Assembly (NCBI GenBank): GCA_977017575.1
Contig: CDRNVI010000053.1
Span: 434,001-498,000 of the forward strand
Length of the DNA stretch: 64,000 nucleotides
From: Paramoeba atlantica
Taxonomy: Eukaryota > Protista > Discosea
Direction: 5' to 3'
Shown: positions 10,458 through 19,837 of the stretch, one piece after another
How positions within the stretch are numbered: position 1 is the stretch's first letter
Layout of the letters: every line of letters starts with the position of its first letter
Notes under the pieces: model-generated
What the model was told of the DNA's origin: nothing
Databases searched by the model: none
Seen by the model: the letters and a program-made list of their open reading frames with translations, nothing else
Position numbers and translations under genes: made by a program

Positions 10458-11438
10458 ATGTTCCCTATAAAGTTGTCCTCGTCTACTTTCTCCTCCCATG
10501 TACTTCCCCTAATGCCCGCCGTCGACACCCACGTTGGCACCCTCTCCGCGGCCGCCCTACTCTGGACCCCCATCCTCCTCGGCACCCTCGCACCGGCCAC
10601 CTGGCACCCCACCCCCGCGACCGCCTTCCCCCTCCCCTACGCCCTCCCCCTCCTCCCTCTCCTCCTCCTGCTCACCGCCTACCTCGCACGACGTCCCTCC
10701 GGGGAGGGCCTCATGTCCCTCTCCTTTCTTCTGGGTCTATGCACCCAGTGTTACCTCCACCCCACCGCGGAGTACCCCGCCCCTCCCCTTGGGGGGGTGA
10801 ACGTCCCCCCCCGTGCCCCCCCCTCCCCCTCTTTTTCTTTTTTCTCCCCCTCTCTCACGAACGCCCTCCATGCCGTCTCCCCGCTCTACACACTCCTCTC
10901 CGAGCACGGCATCGCGGCCTGGGCCGCCACCGCCGCCCAGCACCCCCGCCGGGTGCTGTGGCTGCTCGCCTGCGTGGGCTTCGGCCTCACCAGCGCCTGG
11001 TTCTGTAAGCGAGCGGACAGGGCCCGGGGTAGGGGGCGCCGGGAGGGGGGGGCCTGGCGCCCACGGTACCCCCTCACGGAGCGGCTCTACCTCGTGCTGC
11101 CGTTTGCGCTGGGGGAGGGTGTGGGGTTGTTCTGGGCGCGCGGCCGCCGGGCGACCGTGGAGGTGCTGGTGGCTATTTTTTTAGGTGAGGCCACGGTGGG
11201 GTTGTTTTTGATGGGGTACCATGCGTTGCGGCACGCCGGGGTGTATGGGGGTGACTTGGTGGGGTGTGCGCGGACGATGCTGCATGCGAGTTTGTGGAAT
11301 CTGTGTGGGGCGGGGTGTGTGGTGGCGCTGAGCTTGCATTTTGTGATACACCCGTTGCTGCACCAGTTGTTTCATAGAAACGTGTTGATTAGCTCGTTTG
11401 GTATTGCATGTGAGCTTATTTTTTATGACATGTTTTGA
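10458..11438 (+). CDS. Hypothetical multi-pass membrane protein
   Basis: 326-aa ORF with about 6-7 hydrophobic segments; no family recognised; lies in a C-to-G skew domain. Confidence 0.55.
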   Translation: MFPIKLSSSTFSSHVLPLMPAVDTHVGTLSAAALLWTPILLGTLAPATWHPTPATAFPLPYALPLLPLLLLLTAYLARRPSGEGLMSLSFLLGLCTQCYLHPTAEYPAPPLGGVNVPPRAPPSPSFSFFSPSLTNALHAVSPLYTLLSEHGIAAWAATAAQHPRRVLWLLACVGFGLTSAWFCKRADRARGRGRREGGAWRPRYPLTERLYLVLPFALGEGVGLFWARGRRATVEVLVAIFLGEATVGLFLMGYHALRHAGVYGGDLVGCARTMLHASLWNLCGAGCVVALSLHFVIHPLLHQLFHRNVLISSFGIACELIFYDMF

Positions 11439-11641
11439 GAGCAGCGGGTGTGGATGGCGTATAGAGGGGGGTGTCGGAAACGGGAAAGGTTGAGAATAGA
11501 ACCCCTTGTATCTTGTATTCTTGTTATCCATAGTCTCCCATGCATGAATGGACGATCCCATGAGGATTGGCCCGCAACATGAAAAAAAAGATTTGAATTA
11601 TTCTTATTCTTCTTTTTAAGCCAATCCACCGTCACCCACCC

Positions 11642-13051
11642 ATGTACCCCCCCTCTCCTCTACCCCTCCTCCTCCTCCTCCTCCTCACCCCCCACCTCCT
11701 CACCCTCCCCACCTCAACCGACCCTCCCCCACCCCACCTCCTCTACAACCCCTTCCCCCTCCCCTGGCCCCCTTCCCCACCACCAAAAACCCACAACCCC
11801 TTCTACCCCCCCACCCGAGCCTGCCCCCACATGTGGGACGGCCCCACCTGCTCCCTCTGCCCCGTTCCCTACACCGGTCTCCACTGCAACACCTGCCGTC
11901 TCCCCCCCTCCCCTACCCTCCCCTACGCCCCCCAACCCTACCCCTACTGCGCCCCCGGCCCCGGGGTCCCCTCCGGGCTGGCCCGGGCGAACCACCTCGA
12001 GGCCACGGCGCGGGTCAACGCGGGGGAGGGGGGGGGTGCGCCCCGGTGTAACCGCACCGAGGTGTGTGGGGACCGGGCGGAGGGGGTGTACTACTGTGGG
12101 GAGCGGCAGGCGTGTGTGTGTGAGGGGTGCACGCAGATGTGGGAGCAGGGGGAGGGGGAGGGGGAGGGGGAGGGGGAGGGGGAGGGGGAGGGGGAGGGGG
12201 AGGGGGAGGGGGAGGGGGAGGGGGAGGGGGGAAGTGGGGGGAGAGTGTGGTGGGGGGTTGAGGGGGGGGGACGGGGGAAGGGGGGAGAGGGAGAGGGGGG
12301 AGAGGGACAGGGGGTTCAGGGGAAGGGGGGGAAGGGTGTTCAGGGGGGGGAGGGACAGGGGGTTCAGGGGAAGGGTGTTCAGGGGAAGGGTGTTCAGGGG
12401 GGGGAGGGACAGGGGGTTCGGGGGAAAGGACAGGGGGTACAGGGACAGGGCGTTCAGGGGAGGGGACAGGGGGGAGAGGGAGTGGGGGTTCAGGGGAGGG
12501 GACAGGAGGGAGAGGGAGTGGGGGTTCAGGGGGAGGGTAAGGGGGAACCGTGGCAGGGACAGGGGGGAGGAGGAGGGGGAGGACGACGCTGTGATGTTTG
12601 TCCATGGCCGTACGCCGGGGAACGGTGTAACCGGTGTGCGGTGCAGGGGAGGGTTTTTCCGTTTTGTGCGGAGGAGAGTTGGGTGGAGTGGGTGGTGGGG
12701 AAGGTGTGGAGTGGGGGGAGGGCGATCCCGGAGAGGTTGCGGTGTGGGACCGTGGAGAGGGAGTGTTATGGGAACGCGAGGAGGGTGTTTTATCATCCCG
12801 GGTTGGGGCATTGTGTGGGGGAGTGTGTGGAGGGGTGGACGGGGAGTCGATGTGAGTACTGTCCAGTGCCGTTTACCGGGGTGAAGTGTGATGGGTGTAT
12901 GGACCCGACACTGCGTTTTCCGGCTTGTTATGAGAGTGAGGAGGAGAATCGAAGGGCGCGACAGCTTTATGCATATCGCAGAACTGCGGTGATTTACCCA
13001 GTAGGGTATTTGTCTGAGGAGGAGGATTCGAGAGGAGAACGAGCCTTCTAG
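11642..13051 (+). CDS. Secreted EGF/laminin-EGF-like Cys-rich protein with a Gly/Glu/Gln repeat linker
   Basis: Leu-rich signal peptide. Repeats CPHMWDGPTCSLCPVPYTGLHCNTC, CDVCPWPYAGERCNRC and CVEGWTGSRCEYCPVPFTGVKCDGC. Confidence 0.7.
   Translation: MYPPSPLPLLLLLLLTPHLLTLPTSTDPPPPHLLYNPFPLPWPPSPPPKTHNPFYPPTRACPHMWDGPTCSLCPVPYTGLHCNTCRLPPSPTLPYAPQPYPYCAPGPGVPSGLARANHLEATARVNAGEGGGAPRCNRTEVCGDRAEGVYYCGERQACVCEGCTQMWEQGEGEGEGEGEGEGEGEGEGEGEGEGEGGSGGRVWWGVEGGGRGKGGEGEGGEGQGVQGKGGKGVQGGEGQGVQGKGVQGKGVQGGEGQGVRGKGQGVQGQGVQGRGQGGEGVGVQGRGQEGEGVGVQGEGKGEPWQGQGGGGGGGRRCDVCPWPYAGERCNRCAVQGRVFPFCAEESWVEWVVGKVWSGGRAIPERLRCGTVERECYGNARRVFYHPGLGHCVGECVEGWTGSRCEYCPVPFTGVKCDGCMDPTLRFPACYESEEENRRARQLYAYRRTAVIYPVGYLSEEEDSRGERAF
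12149..12226 (+). repeat. (GGGGAG)13 perfect tandem repeat encoding (GE)13
   Basis: Counted directly from the sequence. Confidence 0.95.
12290..12560 (+). repeat. Degenerate G-rich minisatellite (GTTCAGGGG/GGACAGGGG units) encoding GQGVQG repeats
   Basis: Repeated gttcagggg and agggacagggg blocks; boundaries approximate. Confidence 0.8.
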
Positions 13052-13230
13052 GTTTGAGCAAGTGGTTGAGCAACGAGTGTTCATAGATTCCGTAGATTGT
13101 AGGTTATTAGTTAGTTTATATTTGCATATGTGTCATCGTATTAAGGGTACAATAAGGAGTTGCGTGTGATGCTTTTTAAACCGCATAAACGAAACTTAAA
13201 TTTGCAATATTCCCAGTACAAGTGTCCTTT

Positions 13231-14034
13231 ATGGATCGCAACTCATCCACCCCGTCACTCAGTGTTGTGATTCCGACCTATCGGGAATGCGAGAACCTTG
13301 AGCCCCTTATTGTTCGTCTATTTGCCTCTTTCCCAGAGAACAGTATCAATACTCCAAAAATTGAAGTCATCGTTGTGGATGACAACAGCCCAGATGGAAC
13401 AGTTGCTGTAATGGAGCAATTGCAAGAACGTTTTCCTGCTGTTCGGCTTATAGTCCGCACGCACGAACGTGGATTAAGTAGTGCAGTACTCCGTGGGTTT
13501 GAGCACACTACGGGGGACATTCTACTTGTTATGGATGCCGACCTGCAGCATCCACCCGAGTTTGTCAAGCACCTATACCGGCCGTTCCTCGAGGACGAAA
13601 ATATTCAGTTCGTTGTGGGAACACGGGAAATTCCACCAAACTCCTCTTGGTCAAACACACGCAAGCTTATCTCAACGTTTGCGACTAGTCTCAGTTATCC
13701 TCTTACGTGTGGACAAATGGCGGATCCGATGACTGGATTTTTCGCCCTACGTCGTTCGAAGTATAATTCGTATCGTGAAGCAGTCAGTGCGGTTGGATAC
13801 AAGATTGCCCTGGAACTGTACGTGAAATGCCATTGTACCCCAAAAGAGACTTCCGAAGTCACATTTCCCTTTGGTGTGCGTCGGGCTGGGGAGAGTAAGC
13901 TATCCGCACGTGTCGTATTTCAGTATCTGCAGCATCTGGCGCAGCTCTACTTATATTCCATGGGGCCACTGTTCGCATTACTTCTGTTGATCATTCTGCT
14001 GATGATTTCCTTGTACGATCTCCAAAAAAAATAG
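13231..14034 (+). CDS. DPM1: Dolichol-phosphate mannosyltransferase (GT2) with C-terminal TM anchor
   Basis: LSVVIPTYRE, VIVVDDNSPDGT, GLSSAVLRGF, VMDADLQHPPE, DPMTGFFA, GESKL and a C-terminal hydrophobic helix. Confidence 0.9.
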   Translation: MDRNSSTPSLSVVIPTYRECENLEPLIVRLFASFPENSINTPKIEVIVVDDNSPDGTVAVMEQLQERFPAVRLIVRTHERGLSSAVLRGFEHTTGDILLVMDADLQHPPEFVKHLYRPFLEDENIQFVVGTREIPPNSSWSNTRKLISTFATSLSYPLTCGQMADPMTGFFALRRSKYNSYREAVSAVGYKIALELYVKCHCTPKETSEVTFPFGVRRAGESKLSARVVFQYLQHLAQLYLYSMGPLFALLLLIILLMISLYDLQKK

Positions 14035-14292
14035 ACTCATCCTTTTATTGGTCTATTTCATGGCAATTTAATCGACACTATTCATTTAGTGTCTAAATTA
14101 GACAAATTAGTTTCGACGAACGACTTCGTTTGACGAATTCTTTTCTGACACATAATTTTATAGAGATGTCCGTGTGCGCATGGACTGAATGATAATGCGT
14201 TGTGAAAAAAAAATTCACAGAATATTCTTTCAAACGTATTCTTCTCTTCCTCTCTTACACGCCCCCATGCTCCCACCCCCCACCCCCTCCCC

Positions 14293-15669
14293 ATGACCCG
14301 ACCTTCCTCCCCCACCACCACCCCACCCCCACCTGAAATCGACTTCTCCGAGACCTGGATCCGTCCCCACACCATCACCGTCGCCCTCCTCGGGGCCGCC
14401 GGGATCTGTCTCCTCCACTACCTCACCCACCTCCCCGACGACCCCCCGTTCCACGCCTCCCACTACGGCGCCGCCCTCCTGGCCTCGGTCGCCGTCTTCC
14501 TGGTCTTCTCCTGCGTCCATCTCCCGGACTCCATGCTTACCCGACCCCACCCCGCGGTCTGGCGCCTTCTCCTCGGGGTCGCGGTGCTCTATCTCATGTT
14601 TATGGTTTTCCTGCTGTTCCTGAATCTCCAGGACGCCCGTCAGGTGTTTGGGTTTCTCGACCCGATGCTGCTGTCCCCCCCAGAGGAGAGGCTCTACGCG
14701 GAGGACTGCAGGCTGTTCCCCGTGGAGGACCCGTACCGGGCGCTACGTGCGTTGCTGGATGAGTTTTTCGTGGCCCACGCGCTGGGGTACTGGGTGAAGA
14801 TGATTGTGCTGCGGGATGGGTGGTTGGTGTTTGCGGTAAGTCTGGGGTTTGAGGTGCTGGAGTGTACGTTTCAGTACTGGTTGCCGAATTTTAAGGAGTG
14901 TTGGTGGGATCACCTGCTGTTGGATGTTTTTGGGTGCAACGCGTTGGGGATGGTGCTGGGATATTACACGTTGAGGTATTTAAACGCGAGGGAGTATAAC
15001 TGGGTGAAGCTGGGTGAGGTCAAGGGGTTGGGGAAAAAAGCAAGGCGTATTGCGCTGCAGTTTACCCCACGTTCGTGGCATATCCAGCAGTGGGCGTTCT
15101 TTAACAGCCCCGCACATACCTTGGATGTTACTTTTGTTCTTTTTGTGTTCCTACTCCAGGAGTCAAACTGTTTCTTCGCAAAGCATATACTGTGGATGCC
15201 AAGTACGCATCCCTTGGTCGTCGGTCGGGTCGTTATGTGGGGATTTCTTGCTCTTCCCTCGATTCGGGAGTTTTATTGCTACCGTCGTGAAAGCACGGGA
15301 AAGAAAAACCGACGACTAGGAACCACCGCCTGGGTGTGTAGTCTGGCGCTCTTTTTTGAGACACTGGTTATTCTGAAATACGCCCGACAAGGAAACTACT
15401 TTGCCGAAAACCCTTTGCCTCATCATGTCAAATTCATGTGGTCCGTGGCGCTTGTGTCATGGATTATTTGGTTTGTTGTACGGTATTGGAGGTTTTGGCA
15501 GTGTGGTACCCATAGCATAACACGGCGCGTTTGTTGTTGGATTCTATATGGGATTCCTTTTGTGGCATTGGCTATGCTGTGCGCTATTGCAACACCCGGG
15601 ATTGAGCCTATTTCGGATCCCTGTAAAATATTTGTGGGATATCTTTCCGGTGTACCCGTCTTACATTGA
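14293..15669 (+). CDS. Base-exchange phosphatidylserine synthase (PTDSS/PSS family)
   Basis: RPHPAVWR, DEFFVAHALGYWVK, LPNFKECWWDHLLLDVFGCNALG; multi-TM. Confidence 0.92.
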   Translation: MTRPSSPTTTPPPPEIDFSETWIRPHTITVALLGAAGICLLHYLTHLPDDPPFHASHYGAALLASVAVFLVFSCVHLPDSMLTRPHPAVWRLLLGVAVLYLMFMVFLLFLNLQDARQVFGFLDPMLLSPPEERLYAEDCRLFPVEDPYRALRALLDEFFVAHALGYWVKMIVLRDGWLVFAVSLGFEVLECTFQYWLPNFKECWWDHLLLDVFGCNALGMVLGYYTLRYLNAREYNWVKLGEVKGLGKKARRIALQFTPRSWHIQQWAFFNSPAHTLDVTFVLFVFLLQESNCFFAKHILWMPSTHPLVVGRVVMWGFLALPSIREFYCYRRESTGKKNRRLGTTAWVCSLALFFETLVILKYARQGNYFAENPLPHHVKFMWSVALVSWIIWFVVRYWRFWQCGTHSITRRVCCWILYGIPFVALAMLCAIATPGIEPISDPCKIFVGYLSGVPVLH

Positions 15670-15843
15670 GATGAACAATAAACTGTTTGTACGATCCACC
15701 TAGCTTGATGTGGAAAATCTCTGATGTTGATTGGAGTATCGTTTCGACCTATAGTAGTATTATTCGAGACTTTCTGATTTTTGGGCTTAAAAATAGTCAT
15801 ATTTCTGTGAGGGCATTTTCTTATCTTTTCTTTACATCATTTC

Positions 15844-16509
15844 ATGTCGGCACCTGCAGGAGGCAGTGACGTCGCTGCCACTTTTAAACTAATTCTTGTC
15901 GGAGATGGAAGTACCGGGAAGACAACCTTTGTGAAACGGCACAAGACTGGTGAGTTTGAAAAACGCTACATCGCTACCGTTGGCGTTGATGTTCATCCTT
16001 TGACGTTTCATACTAATCGTGGGGTTATTTGCTTCAACGTCTGGGACACTGCTGGCCAAGAGCGCTTTGGGGGACTCCGCGATGGGTACTACATTGGGGG
16101 AAACTGTGCCATCATTATGTTCGACGTTACCTCGCGTTCAACGTATAAGAACGTACCGAACTGGCACCGGGACATCGTTCGTGTGTGTGATCCAATTCCT
16201 ATGGTTCTGGTAGGCAACAAAGTGGACTGTTTGGAACGTCAGGTCAAGGCAAAACAGATTACTTTCCACCGCAAGAAAAATTTGCAGTACTACGATGTCA
16301 GCGCGAAAAGCAACTATAACTTTGAAAAGCCGTTCTTATGGCTGGCGAAGCGACTGGCGAATGACCCGAATCTGACTTTTGTGGAGGCAAGTGCGTTGAA
16401 GCCCCCAATGATATCCATGGATGCCGCGATGGTGCAAGGTATGGAGCGTGACCTCCAGGAGGCCTCAGCTATGCCTCTACCCGACGATGATGATGACGGA
16501 ACTTTTTAA
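15844..16509 (+). CDS. RAN: GTP-binding nuclear protein Ran
   Basis: [47 protein letters not shown] and an acidic C-terminal tail. Confidence 0.98.
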   Translation: MSAPAGGSDVAATFKLILVGDGSTGKTTFVKRHKTGEFEKRYIATVGVDVHPLTFHTNRGVICFNVWDTAGQERFGGLRDGYYIGGNCAIIMFDVTSRSTYKNVPNWHRDIVRVCDPIPMVLVGNKVDCLERQVKAKQITFHRKKNLQYYDVSAKSNYNFEKPFLWLAKRLANDPNLTFVEASALKPPMISMDAAMVQGMERDLQEASAMPLPDDDDDGTF

Positions 16510-16901
16510 AGTATGGTCCTGTGATGTCCAATGCGAAAGTTTGCTTCGATTCGTTCATAATTTAATTATGGTTACAAATAGGGAATGGCACTTTAGTGGG
16601 CTGTGAGCATTCAGAATCTTATGTGGCACAGAGCAAGAACACCACTATATCATCACTTTACGGATAAGATCGAGTTTTAATCAACGGATTATCATACGCG
16701 TGAAAGAGAGAACCCGAAGTACAATACTTTAGTATCAGAAATAGGCTATAACTTTATATAATTTTTGTTCTTGGGTTAGAAGATTCTCCTGGTTTTCTTT
16801 TTTGATTACTATTTAAGATTTTAATTTTTAGATTCTCTACTTAGACTAGACATCTTATCTTGTCAAGAGTTATTATTGCCGCGTTTCGAACATGTGAATG
16901 A

Positions 16902-17747
16902 ATGCTGCGAAACACTCAAACCACAGGGTTATTGCGGCGCATTACGTATACATTAGTCCAAGTTCCAGTTACGCAACCTCTTCTTACAGCGGATGAACTT
17001 AGCCTTAAGCTTGGGGAAACTCTACAAGTTGAACTCCAGAGAAATCGATATACCAGCTTTTTGCAGCTCTTACGTTCTCATCCTAAGCTTTTTGCCATTG
17101 AGGGGGAAAACCGCGTTCGCACACGAGTCCCTGCTTCCGTACTTTTTGATCTTCATGATGCAATCAAAGAAGCAGCACGCTTTGGGTGGTCCGGTACCAC
17201 AATGTCTCCTGGCATTGGAGAGATTTGCGGCTTTCTACACCCTGCCACAACAGAGTTTTTGCACCGCGAGCGGATTATATCGTTTCGTATGTTTCTGGAG
17301 GAGTACATGTTTCCGTGGGTGGTCCTCGTCATGGGATCCACGCGATGTCGTTGGATCGAATCTGAACGAACGATTGCGAAAATTCGAGCGGCTCCGGAGG
17401 GCACAATAGTGGAACACCGTGAGGTCAGTGTGTCCAAGCATAATACAAGTAATTTGGTCGGCGCATCGCTACGTGACGCGACGGATGCAAGCTCGTTTTG
17501 GGACTCCAACCCTCAATTTTGGACAGAGGCACAAAAACAAGGTGTTTTGGATGCAGGGAATGTACTTTGGGAGCATCTGCCCTCGGATGGCACATCTCGT
17601 GATGTGATTGACGTTATGCACGAGTCCCGGTTGAACCTGCGGCACGACCGGTACGCTCAACTTGGCCGCAAGTTGTATGTCTTTCCTCATCCAAAGATTG
17701 GGTGTTCTGCTGCACCTGGGAAGCGCTTCAAAATATGGAGACGGTGA
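16902..17747 (+). CDS. Hypothetical protein with a mitochondrial-type presequence and possible LOTUS/winged-helix repeats
   Basis: MLRNTQTTGLLRR presequence; RYTSFLQLLRSHPKLFAIE and ISFRMFLEEY...WVVL resemble OST-HTH. Confidence 0.5.
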   Translation: MLRNTQTTGLLRRITYTLVQVPVTQPLLTADELSLKLGETLQVELQRNRYTSFLQLLRSHPKLFAIEGENRVRTRVPASVLFDLHDAIKEAARFGWSGTTMSPGIGEICGFLHPATTEFLHRERIISFRMFLEEYMFPWVVLVMGSTRCRWIESERTIAKIRAAPEGTIVEHREVSVSKHNTSNLVGASLRDATDASSFWDSNPQFWTEAQKQGVLDAGNVLWEHLPSDGTSRDVIDVMHESRLNLRHDRYAQLGRKLYVFPHPKIGCSAAPGKRFKIWRR

Positions 17748-18358
17748 AATACAGTGACGAACGACACTTGTCTGAAAGACCAGAATTTGAAAGAGCTTGG
17801 TTGCTGCACGCTGCATAGGATATCGGCGCTCCGCGCCAGAGATCGTGTGTATGGTGTTATATTATATCTAAGATAAGTATAAGTGCAAGATAATCTTACA
17901 CTTCATTCTTGGTGTCCACGTGACCTTGGCTCCAGCCATTTCGGAAAAAACGTACCAATGAACAGTACCACGAATGATGATGACTGGTGACATCAGCAGT
18001 TTTTCCTGACTTTTTTCCGTTCTGTTCTGTACTTGCCCTGCGATCCTATGTACATGTGCTTATCCAAATATGTATGTAAAGGACATGTTTATAATTGGGG
18101 CGTCAAATTTAGAGAAATCGCAAATAAATTATATTTGAAAATCATTTATGTCTTCAATGAACTTTGCGAAGCTCAGAACGAAACTCTTTACAAGCTAGTA
18201 AGTACATACCATAGCATTCCTCAATTTATAGGTGATGGCACATGGAGCTACACGATGTGTACAAAAACGTAGCAAGTACGTTCTAGTTTCCTTATGTACG
18301 AGCTCAGACATGACCTTTCAGTGGGGAGGGTAAGATCTGTTCGCACAAAAAGGTGGTA

Positions 18359-19648
18359 ATGCTGGTGACTCAAACGGGAGATGCTACGGACCTTCTCAGC
18401 AGTGCATTGGCCAACCAAACACAAGAAACCTCGGAAATCTACGCTGTACCCCATTACACGGCTCCACTGCGCGATTCTCGATTTATTGAGACCTCCGAGA
18501 TTCTAGGTCAGGGCGCATTTGGGCGTGTCGTAAAAGGAATCCGGAGGGACACAGGTGAGAATGTAGCGATTAAAGCGATCCGCAAGCCCGACCCACTCTC
18601 TCTCACGTATTTGTCGCGTAAGAGAGCCTTGCAGACAGAGATCGCGATTTCTACAAAAGTAACTCATCATAGTGTGGTTGAGTATATCGGAGTGTATCAG
18701 GACGAGTCTTTCATCTACTTTGTCATGGAGTATTGTAGCAAAAAAGACTTGGAGTCGTATGTCCTGAACCATGGGCTGGAAGAGATTGAAGCCATTGCGC
18801 CACGGATCGTCGCAGGGCTGGTATCCGCTTTAAACTACTTACAAAATATCCAGGTGATACATGGAGACATTAAGCCTTCGAACATTCTCCTTACCTCTAA
18901 TTTTCATGTCAAACTCACAGACTTCGGTTCTGCGCAAAACCGGTGCGGTGAGGTCGACGTGAACTTCGCGGGCACGGCAGAATACCTCAGTCCGGAAGTT
19001 ATCATGAAGTCAACCCCTACTGTGGCGTCGGACTTGTGGGCAGTAGGATGCGTTCTGTACTTTCTATACGTCGGGACCTCACCCTTTTCCCGTGGTACAG
19101 CGTACAAATCCATGTGCAGTGTGAAGAACGCGGAATTTACATTTCCTCCGTACTTTCCGTACAACGCTCGTGATCTTGTTCAAAGATGTCTGCAGAAATG
19201 CCCGAGCGACCGCTTTGGCATGGACCGTAGAAATAAGTTGGAAGCATTTAAAAAGCACCCTTACTTTGACTCCGGATTGTGGTGGGACACTGATTCGTTC
19301 CCATCGACAACTGCTTCGGTAGATTGCACAGCTCATATCCAGCGTTACCTCAAATGTGAGGAGCATGCGATATATTTTTCTATTGTACAGAAAAGAGGGA
19401 ACTACGGCTCGTACGTCAGACGTTTGCTTCTTCTTTCGGATCGACCACGTCTTTCGTACATAGACTTACAGTCCGGTGTCTCTAAGGAACTTCTTTGGAA
19501 CGCGGATCTTTGTGCCACAGTTCTAAATAGAGATGAATTTTTGGTCAACACGTCTTCACGTGAATACCACTTTGTGGACGGGAGACATAAAGCCCCTTTC
19601 TGGTGCGGTAAAATAAACTCCTTTTTGAAAAAAATGCATTTTCGTTAG
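18359..19648 (+). CDS. PDPK1: 3-phosphoinositide-dependent protein kinase 1 (AGC kinase plus C-terminal PH domain)
   Basis: GQGAFG, VAIK, HGDIKPSN, DFG, FAGTAEYLSPE; PDK1-type PH tail RRLLLLSDRPRLSYID...FLVNTSSREYHF...WCGKI. Confidence 0.85.
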   Translation: MLVTQTGDATDLLSSALANQTQETSEIYAVPHYTAPLRDSRFIETSEILGQGAFGRVVKGIRRDTGENVAIKAIRKPDPLSLTYLSRKRALQTEIAISTKVTHHSVVEYIGVYQDESFIYFVMEYCSKKDLESYVLNHGLEEIEAIAPRIVAGLVSALNYLQNIQVIHGDIKPSNILLTSNFHVKLTDFGSAQNRCGEVDVNFAGTAEYLSPEVIMKSTPTVASDLWAVGCVLYFLYVGTSPFSRGTAYKSMCSVKNAEFTFPPYFPYNARDLVQRCLQKCPSDRFGMDRRNKLEAFKKHPYFDSGLWWDTDSFPSTTASVDCTAHIQRYLKCEEHAIYFSIVQKRGNYGSYVRRLLLLSDRPRLSYIDLQSGVSKELLWNADLCATVLNRDEFLVNTSSREYHFVDGRHKAPFWCGKINSFLKKMHFR

Positions 19649-19837
19649 TGTATTCAATGAGCACGATATTTAATGAAATGATTATGTTTCATATGCCCTT
19701 TTGAAAACGGGTACTAGATTTTTTTATAATGTTCTATACTCGAAATTAATTGGAAGTACAGTACGTAAGGTACTAAGAGTTTGGACCATGATATTCACCA
19801 TGTATGGTATAGTTTCGGAATAAACATAGGATGCATT

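Noticed and set aside
12149-12560. Possible CRISPR-like or telomeric repeat array
   Set aside because: The units are contiguous without unique spacers, are not TTAGGG, and are translated in frame within a CDS.
11714-13084. Long minus-strand and alternate-frame ORFs rich in Pro, Arg or Gly (e.g. 11714..13084, 12015..12605, 12036..12884, 45977..46372)
   Set aside because: They are shadows of stop-codon-poor G/C tracts overlapping better-supported + strand genes, with no domain motifs.
10480-15040. Contamination or chimeric assembly as the cause of the GC-rich blocks
   Set aside because: The PS synthase and ApaG reading frames run uninterrupted from skewed into normal composition; not fully excluded without reads.
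17970-18010. Box C (ATGATGA) and box D (CTGA) pair suggesting a C/D snoRNA
   Set aside because: Only about 35-40 nt apart with no terminal stem; too short for a typical guide.
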